A stretch of DNA of 64,000 nucleotides. Source: Bdellovibrionales bacterium (GTDB lineage Bacteria; Bdellovibrionota; Bdellovibrionia; Bdellovibrionales; UBA1609). Shown here one piece after another: positions 57,353 to 64,000 of the stretch. The translations under genes and the position numbers were made by a program. The DNA is taken from contig CBDCMT010000001.1 in assembly GCA_965219095.1 (NCBI GenBank), positions 1,376,001 to 1,440,000 of the forward strand, given 5' to 3'. The notes beneath the pieces were generated by a model. It ran no database searches and was not told where the DNA came from. It saw nothing but the letters and a program-made list of their open reading frames with translations. Position 1 is the first letter of the stretch. Each line of letters begins with the position of its first letter.

Positions 57353-57756
57353 TTTGCAGTTGTTATAAGTCCTATATTATAGAGTCCAGCTGATTTAACT
57401 TGTGCCATAACCTGTGCCACAAGACCATAAGACACTCTTCTATCAGCTTGAATATAAATACTTTTATCTTTTCTTGCTTTTGTAATAGCCCTTATCTTAA
57501 CAGGGAGTTGTTTTATAGAAAACCGTAAACCAGATAAATACAAAACTCCGTTCTTTTTGATAGTTAAGATAAGAGGTTTTTCAGGAATGGCAAGACCTGA
57601 GGCTTTGGTTCTGGGAAGTTGTACCTTAAGGCCTTGGTGACTTAAAGGAGCTGTTAGCATAAAAATCACTAAAAGTACTAAAACTACGTCAACAAAAGGT
57701 GTAACATTAATTTCATTTAAGGGTTTTCTGTCCTTAACAAATTTCATGATGACCAC
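57349..57756 (-). CDS. tolR: TolR/ExbD
   Basis: EINVTPFVDVVLVLLVIFM, ADRRVSYG. Confidence 0.9.
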   Translation of the reverse strand: MVIMKFVKDRKPLNEINVTPFVDVVLVLLVIFMLTAPLSHQGLKVQLPRTKASGLAIPEKPLILTIKKNGVLYLSGLRFSIKQLPVKIRAITKARKDKSIYIQADRRVSYGLVAQVMAQVKSAGLYNIGLITTAK

Positions 57757-58505
57757 GTCCTGCTTTCATGAAAAAAATTCCTTTTCACCAAACTGAGGAA
57801 GTCTTTAGAAAAGCTGTGAAGAGTGAGTTCTTGAGTTCTTATTTCAGAGAGAAAATAGTTGTAGGCAATGGAAGCTGGTATGGCTGCAAAAAGACCTACA
57901 GCTGTTGCATAGAGTGCTTCAGATAAACCGGGTGCTACAATAGTGAGACTTGCTGATTGGTAAAGAGCAATTTTCTGAAAAGAACCTGTGATGCCTAAAA
58001 CAGTGCCAAAAAGCCCAATAAAAGGTGCTGAGGTTCCTATACTTGCTAAAAGCCCTACTTTTTTTTCAACATCAACCATTTCGTTTTCAATAGCTTTATC
58101 CAAAGAACGTTGTAAGTTATCTAAACCATCATAAAACTGTGCTCTTTGTTGCTGTCCTCCCATTCCTATGGAATCCATCTTTTCTAATTCTTTGTAGCCC
58201 ATGGAAAAAACCCTTAAGAGATTGCTTTCTTTAAAAGCACTTCTCTTCTTATCCATTTCCTCCAAAGACTCTAATTTTTCGAAAGACAACAAAAAACTTT
58301 TATTCACTTCCTTTAATTTCTTGAACTTTTTGAATTTAAAAACAATAACAGCCCAGCTAAAAACACTCATGCCTACTAAAATAAGAAATGTTATTTGTAC
58401 AAAAAAGTTAGCCTCCAATAGAGCAGACCAAAAGCTAGTAATACTTTGTGTTTCAGGAAGTTCTATCCCCTTATCCGCAGCCCACACCCTGTTCATAAAG
58501 ATCAT
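57744..58505 (-). CDS. tolQ: TolQ/ExbB
   Basis: APFIGLFGTVLGI, VAPGLSEALYATAVGLFAAIPA. Confidence 0.92.
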   Translation of the reverse strand: MIFMNRVWAADKGIELPETQSITSFWSALLEANFFVQITFLILVGMSVFSWAVIVFKFKKFKKLKEVNKSFLLSFEKLESLEEMDKKRSAFKESNLLRVFSMGYKELEKMDSIGMGGQQQRAQFYDGLDNLQRSLDKAIENEMVDVEKKVGLLASIGTSAPFIGLFGTVLGITGSFQKIALYQSASLTIVAPGLSEALYATAVGLFAAIPASIAYNYFLSEIRTQELTLHSFSKDFLSLVKRNFFHESRTWSS

Positions 58506-58879
58506 TTTAAGGCTTTTTATTTTTATTGTTGAGTCTTTTTAAGAAACCTAGAAATTTGTCGTGGTAAGGGATGATTATACCTTGTACGAAAACAGTCCCA
58601 AGTATACAGGGGGTCAAAGAGTACATAGTAGATCTTCTGATGAGAGCGAATCTTCTGGTACAACACAGGAGTGAAGCCAGAGGGAGACTATGATTTTCTG
58701 ACAGTAGGAGACATGAGAATCCTTGTTTCATCTAAGAAAACAAGAATTGCCTTTAATTTTTTCGCTTTTTTTATTTTCTCCCCATCTTTTTGAACCCATC
58801 CCTGAATCTCTTTTTTCAAAGAACTGCTTCTCTCCATTAAAGAGTATCTTGAACATACAAAACGACAATGTGTTTCTCC

Positions 58880-59236
58880 TTCTGTGTTCAGAATATGGAC
58901 ATAGTTAAAAGACCTTTTTTATAATAAATGGCCAGTCTCTTGCTATCTAATCAATCTATTTTGACTCGATCCGATGAAATCTCTGGAATCATGGAAGGAG
59001 ATATGACATCACAGGCCATTTTTGCTTCGTCAAACTGTCTTTTGAGACTAAAGCCTATGTAAGTCGCCTCATAACAGACCTTTAATTGGTAGCCTTCTTT
59101 TATAAACCTCTCTATCTTTTTCTTTAAAGGCTTTAAAGTTTGGACGGCTCTTTATACTTATGACCTCGTCACTTAAGCCCTCTTTGACTAAGCTAGCTGT
59201 GAAACTTTTATCATCGATGTCTAGGCCGATATACAT
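58880..59236 (-). pseudogene. IS110 transposase N-terminal (DEDD) pseudogene, followed by an IS630-like fragment toward 58560
   Basis: MYIGLDID, VCYEATYIGFSL, ISPSMIP, DRVKID*LDSKRLA. Confidence 0.75.
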
Positions 59237-59359
59237 TATAGACTCCCCCCCCCCAACTTCATTGATTTGAAGACAAAAAGTATCAAATTAATTTTTATAA
59301 TTGGTGTTATTTTTTAATTAAGCTCCACTTAACTTTCATTTTAAAAGTGTAGCTGTTAA

Positions 59360-60764
59360 TACCAATTACAGAAATTAATTCGACATTTTTATGTTCAAAT
59401 TTAAAATTTTAAAATTGACTTAAGGAAAAGTTTCAATTAGGAGGCTTTAAAAAAGTTTTTTTTGAAGGGAGGTTGAGTTTTCATAAGATATGTTTATTTT
59501 ATGTATATCTATTGTTGTGTGAATCGATTGATGGGTTAAAATAAGTGTAAAAAAGTGAGGTTAAGATGTAAAATGAAAAAAATCAGTTACGCAATTTAAT
59601 TTATAGGTTCAAATTAATTTACAAGCTTGATTCATCTTGTTGTTTTGTCCAAGATCGAGTGCATAATTTTTTAATCCTGCCCTCCTGATCGCAAAAAGTA
59701 TTCCAGGCCTCACAACAAGTATTCAGTATATGGTCATAGTTTTTAAAACATGCATTCGATAATTTGATCCTTCGTAATTGTTGCCAGACTTGTTCCATGG
59801 GATTTAATTCTGGACTATAAGGAGGTAAAGGCATCAGGGATAAATTCTTAGGAACTATCAAAGTCTCTGTGGTATGCCAACTGGCTCTGTCCATTAAAAC
59901 AATTCCATGATAGTTTTCTTGAATATTTTTAGATATCTCATCTAAGTGAATTTGCATCATCCCTGAATTACATTCCGGTAAAATCCAAGCACAGCCTTTA
60001 TCTTTATCCGGACAAACTGCTCCAAAAATATAAGTAGATAAAAATTGTCTTTGTCTCACAACTCTAGGTCGTGTGCCTTTTCTTGCCCAAATCCTGCTTA
60101 AAGAACCTTGCTGGCCTATTCTGCATTCATCCTGCCACCAAATCTCTATTTTATGAGTCTGAATCTTTTCCTTTATTTTCTCCACCTCTTCTGGAAAATG
60201 TTCCTTAAACTGTTCCATAGCTTCTTGTGAAGTTTTAGGATGAAGAGAACGACCACTGATCCATACAATATTAAGACGGTCTAAAGAAACATAAACCCCA
60301 GAAAGAGAATAGCAACAGTCAAATTCATTTGCTAAAAGTTCCTGTATTCCCTTTGCTCCTATGCTTCCTCCTTCTCTCTTGTCTTGAATTTCATCTAACT
60401 TGATTTTGAAGTTCTCTTCTTCTGTCACTGGTAAACGAGGCTTGCGCCCTCTGCCTTCTCGATCTATCAACCCCTCGTAATCAAAGTCTACAAAAGACTG
60501 TAACCAGGATTTGATACTGTGACGGTGATAGAAAACTATACTTGCTGTTTCTTGAATCGATTTTCCTTCTTGCATATGCTGCAAAGCTTGGAGTTTTATC
60601 TTGATGTTGGCACTTCTTTCTACTTTGTAAGTAGCTAGAAAATCATACCCTTGAATTTGTGTAACTAAATCTTTTTTCGACACTCTAAAAATTTAACAGA
60701 GTTTGATCAAAAAGCCAGGACGCTATGCGTTAAAAGAATGTCGAATTAATTTTTGGAAATGGTA
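59360..60764 (-). mobile_element. IS630-A copy with intact transposase (59619-60683)
   Basis: Same IRs as 8151-9558; flanked by TAA. Confidence 0.92.
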
Positions 60765-60939
60765 TAAGCAAGCATTTCAAAAAAGAGAGTTTTTGTACAT
60801 TAAATCCATTTTTTTTGTAAGAAAGTTCTCACACTCTATTGTGCAGTATGACTTTCGATAACTTAAAATCTAAAGTTATAATTTACCTCTAGAAGTAGTT
60901 TCTATCAAATATTGACTAAACAAGGAGGTCTTCTTAATT

Positions 60940-61542
60940 GTGATGTTAGTAAAGTTTTTTTTGATTTGTTTTATATTTACTTTTCCCTTTGTGGTCGCAG
61001 CTAAACTTGTAAATTACAAACTTGATAGAGCTCATAGTTCTATTAATTTTAGTGTCAATCATTTAGGAATTGTTCCTGTAGAGGGGAAGTTTGATGATTT
61101 TGAAGGAAGTTTTAAGTACAATACAAAAACAAAAGAAATTACAAATATCTTTATCAAAGTGGACGTTGATTCTATTGACACAAATGAATCCGATAGAGAT
61201 ACACATTTAAAAAGCAATGATTTCTTTGGTGTTCGAGATAAGTTCGCTAACATTGTGAAAAAAAGAAAGTACATTATATTTAAATCTAAAAAAGCTAAAA
61301 TATCTCAAAAAAGATTAAAAGGAACTCTTCAAATTCTAGATACGAAAAAAAAGGTTAGTTTTAAAGCTGATATGAAGGCATTATCTGGTATGATAGGGGG
61401 AGTGTTTAAATTATCTATCAATCGTCATCATTATAGGCTGACTTGGCAAAAACCTAACACAGGAATTCTTAAAAAAGTCGCAGGAAAGTCTGTAGGTGAT
61501 ATTGTAAAAATAAAAGTAAATGTATTAGCTAAAACTAAATAA
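60940..61542 (+). CDS. YceI-family periplasmic protein
   Basis: Signal peptide; YKLDRAHSSINF, GKF, SIDT..RDTHLKS.DFF. Confidence 0.9.
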   Translation: MMLVKFFLICFIFTFPFVVAAKLVNYKLDRAHSSINFSVNHLGIVPVEGKFDDFEGSFKYNTKTKEITNIFIKVDVDSIDTNESDRDTHLKSNDFFGVRDKFANIVKKRKYIIFKSKKAKISQKRLKGTLQILDTKKKVSFKADMKALSGMIGGVFKLSINRHHYRLTWQKPNTGILKKVAGKSVGDIVKIKVNVLAKTK

Positions 61543-61555
61543 AAAATGAGGAGTT

Positions 61556-61891
61556 ATGAAATTAAAAAAAGAATTGCCATTAGTTTTATGTGCTACAGGA
61601 CTTATAACAGGACTTTCTGTTGAGGCTGGAAAAAATAAAAACACAAAGCCTAGCTACTATAAATGCAAAGGAATTGCTACAAAATGGGCTGGAGACTGTG
61701 GGGCTAATGGACACAACTGTGCTGGAAAAAACAATGATGATTTTGATGCAAATGAATGGGTAAAAGTTTCTAGAAAAAATGATTGTACTGCTATTCAAAA
61801 CGCACTTAAAAATCCTGCAATTAAAAAGTATATCTTAGATATGCAAGCTAAAACTGTAGTGGCATCAAAAACAGGAAAGTTCGATAAATAA
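61556..61891 (+). CDS. DUF2282 (BufA1-like) RiPP precursor / periplasmic metallophore
   Basis: Signal peptide; CKGIA..AGDC....HNCAG.....D..EWVKV....C four-Cys pattern. Confidence 0.8.
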   Translation: MKLKKELPLVLCATGLITGLSVEAGKNKNTKPSYYKCKGIATKWAGDCGANGHNCAGKNNDDFDANEWVKVSRKNDCTAIQNALKNPAIKKYILDMQAKTVVASKTGKFDK

Positions 61892-61900
61892 ATTATATGT

Positions 61901-63343
61901 ATGAATCACAAAAGCTTTCAAGGGGCGGGTCTTAGTGCACGCCCTTTGCATTTTTCTAAACTCCTTAAAACCCCTCATACTTCTTGGATTGAAATTCTTG
62001 TAGATAACTACTTGGAAAACTTTCCACATACAAAAACCTTAGAAAAGCTCTCTGAACTTTATGCACTTACTTTCCATAGCGTAAACCTTAGTTTAGGAAA
62101 TGTAAAAGAATTGGACTGGACGTTTCTCAAAAAAATAAAAAATCTTGTTAAAAAATACAAGCCTGCCCTTATTTCCGACCATCTTTGTTGGACGAATCAT
62201 AAGAATCATTATTTCCATGATCTTCTACCTCTACCTTATAATGAAGAAACAGCTTTGAGAATATCTTGTCGCATAAAAATCCTTCAAGATTATTTTGAAA
62301 CACCCTTAGCTATAGAGAATATATCAAGCTATCTTGATTTTAAAGCTTCCACTTTCGATGAGATTGATTTTATTAATTTTATTGCTGAAAAATCTCCATG
62401 CCTGATCCTTCTAGATGTGAATAACATTTATGTTAACTCTTTGAATCGAAACATAGACCCCTATAGTATGCTTAAGAAGTTAAGCTTTCAAAAAGTGGCC
62501 CAATATCATGTAGCAGGCTTTATAAAAACAAAAAAAGGATATGCCATAGATACTCATAGTCGGGACGTTAGTCTTGCAGTTTGGAATCTTTTTAAGAACG
62601 CCGTTGAAATCATAGGACCTCGTCCTTGCTGCATAGAATGGGATCAAAACATCCCTGAGTTTGAAGTCCTTTTAAAGGAAGTAGAAAAAATAAAATCTTT
62701 TCTTAAATCTCCCTTTAAAATAAAAAAAACTAAACCTAAAATTTTTTCTTTTAAAAACTTTCAATCACCTACCGGTTCTTCTCCTGAGATGCCTTCTGAA
62801 ACATTTTTTGAAGCACAGAATGCTTTTTCTCAAGTTCTCATAAAAAAAGATAGTTTTACTTCTAGAAAGATCGAGAGTTTGTTTAAGCCTCTCTCTAAGA
62901 TCTCCCTAAACGAAGCTTTTGAAATCTATAGAAACAATTATGCAAAAAGCCTTCTTGAAAGTCTTAAAGATACATTTGAAGCTACTGAAAAATTTCTAGG
63001 AGAAAAAAGATTTAAACAACTATCATTACAGTTCATAATGAAAAATAAAGCCACCACTCCTTTTTTGTCAGATTATGGAGGAGAATTTCCTAAATACTTA
63101 GAGGTACAAGAGCATTTAAAAAACATTTATTTCTTAAAAGATTTGGCTCGTTTTGAATGGTTTATCAAAGAAAGTGCTTTAAAAAATGAAACTCAAGTCT
63201 TAAAAACTAAGCATCCTGTTTATGAAATTTTCTTACACTTAATGAACAAAGTTCCTATAAATGAGTTAAGACCTTTAGGAGATCATCACAGATTCACAAT
63301 TAACTTTAATCAGGAACTCTTAGTAAAGTCTCACAATGTCTAA
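61901..63343 (+). CDS. MNIO (DUF692) fused to a DUF2063 partner domain
   Basis: EILVDNY, SDHLCW, DLLPLP, IENISSY, LLDVNN, YHVAG, IDTH, IEWD; C-terminal IYRNNY..L..TF..LGE..F..YGGEFP..DLARFEW. Confidence 0.9.
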   Translation: MNHKSFQGAGLSARPLHFSKLLKTPHTSWIEILVDNYLENFPHTKTLEKLSELYALTFHSVNLSLGNVKELDWTFLKKIKNLVKKYKPALISDHLCWTNHKNHYFHDLLPLPYNEETALRISCRIKILQDYFETPLAIENISSYLDFKASTFDEIDFINFIAEKSPCLILLDVNNIYVNSLNRNIDPYSMLKKLSFQKVAQYHVAGFIKTKKGYAIDTHSRDVSLAVWNLFKNAVEIIGPRPCCIEWDQNIPEFEVLLKEVEKIKSFLKSPFKIKKTKPKIFSFKNFQSPTGSSPEMPSETFFEAQNAFSQVLIKKDSFTSRKIESLFKPLSKISLNEAFEIYRNNYAKSLLESLKDTFEATEKFLGEKRFKQLSLQFIMKNKATTPFLSDYGGEFPKYLEVQEHLKNIYFLKDLARFEWFIKESALKNETQVLKTKHPVYEIFLHLMNKVPINELRPLGDHHRFTINFNQELLVKSHNV

Positions 63344-63621
63344 GACATAGAAAGGTGTTCTTTAAGAATGGTCTCTGCTACGGCTTCCATGTCAACCTCA
63401 TAAGTTCCTTTGTCAATTTTTTCTTGAAAAACTTTTATTTTTTCAAGATTAACACTTCTATCAGAAACTACTTCTAAAGCCTTACTTAAAATTTGTGCTT
63501 CTTTTGAAAGATGAACTTGATCAAGTTGAGTACAATGTTTTACATCTGCTACTTCTTTTGCTGAAGATGTTTTATTGATCTCTCGTAACCCTTCTAATGC
63601 TTGTTGAATTTGAATTTTCAC
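63340..63621 (-). CDS. flgM: Anti-sigma-28 factor FlgM
   Basis: DQVHLSKEA, EKIKVFQEKIDKGTYEVD..AVAE; GTG start after AGGAGG. Confidence 0.85.
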   Translation of the reverse strand: MKIQIQQALEGLREINKTSSAKEVADVKHCTQLDQVHLSKEAQILSKALEVVSDRSVNLEKIKVFQEKIDKGTYEVDMEAVAETILKEHLSMS

Positions 63622-64000
63622 AAACCTACCCTCCTCCTTTATAAGCAAATATAACATGGAGATAACATGAAAACAATCTTAGACGGAAGTAGGGCTTTGA
63701 GTCGATCTAGACTACACAGATAACAATCTATTGGTTACATATTATATAGATGAAGCCTTATCTCCTTTCTTTTTTTATGATAGCAAGCTTTCTTGACTCT
63801 TCTTACCTTAAAGCACATTTTACAATTCAACAAAAGCCACATTTTTATAAAAGTTATAAGAACATTTCTGATCTTCCCATAAAAAACAATTGGCATGTAA
63901 GGTATTGGATACGTTATTTTCAAAGAAAGGGGCGACCTTTTTTTGAAAAGGCTCTTGCTCGCTCTCATCGCTATCTTCCTAAATGGAAAAAAATCTTTTT

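Noticed and set aside
59237..59359. Bridge RNA upstream of the second IS110 pseudogene
   Set aside because: Element ends cannot be defined, an IS630 interrupts the region, and no guide matches were found
561..63968. Short antisense or overlapping ORFs (e.g. 561-818, 13687-13917, 21614-21898, 31193-31480, 58201-58542, 61586-61798, 63735-63968)
   Set aside because: Mostly shadows of better-supported genes or IS DNA; none has a recognisable motif
1..64000. tRNA, rRNA, prophage or integrase
   Set aside because: None recognised by eye; a covariance-model scan was not possible

Overview
AT-rich bacterial chromosome segment. Gene content (TPR/GYF membrane protein, Ser/Thr kinase with PEGA domain, tolQRAB, FlgM, secreted hypotheticals) suggests a Bdellovibrionota/deltaproteobacterium-like organism (inference). 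By my coordinate tally about 45% of the window is insertion-sequence DNA (ISL3, IS66 x2 types, IS630 x3 types, IS5 x2 groups, IS256, IS1634, IS481, IS110), often nested three deep, with several MITEs. Housekeeping islands: AroK-AroD-AroE triple fusion; prmC-TPR-serS; DUF721; kinase-HAD; tolQRAB; flgM. Best findings: (1) a 710-bp internally deleted IS110 element inside the terminal inverted repeat of an IS630, whose 3' non-coding region contains two readable bridge-RNA-like loops, one matching the IS630 IR target and one matching its own end junction; (2) a 10.7-30.1 kb tandem array of a divergent cassette (TPR-regulator operon <- shared regulatory module -> swappable secreted gene), including Cys-stapled secreted paralogs that differ almost only by amino-acid-changing substitutions; (3) a bufferin-type RiPP cluster with a fused DUF692-DUF2063 enzyme and YceI; (4) an 8 x 43-aa repeat beta-propeller with an ATA start. 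No CRISPR array, tRNA or rRNA was seen.
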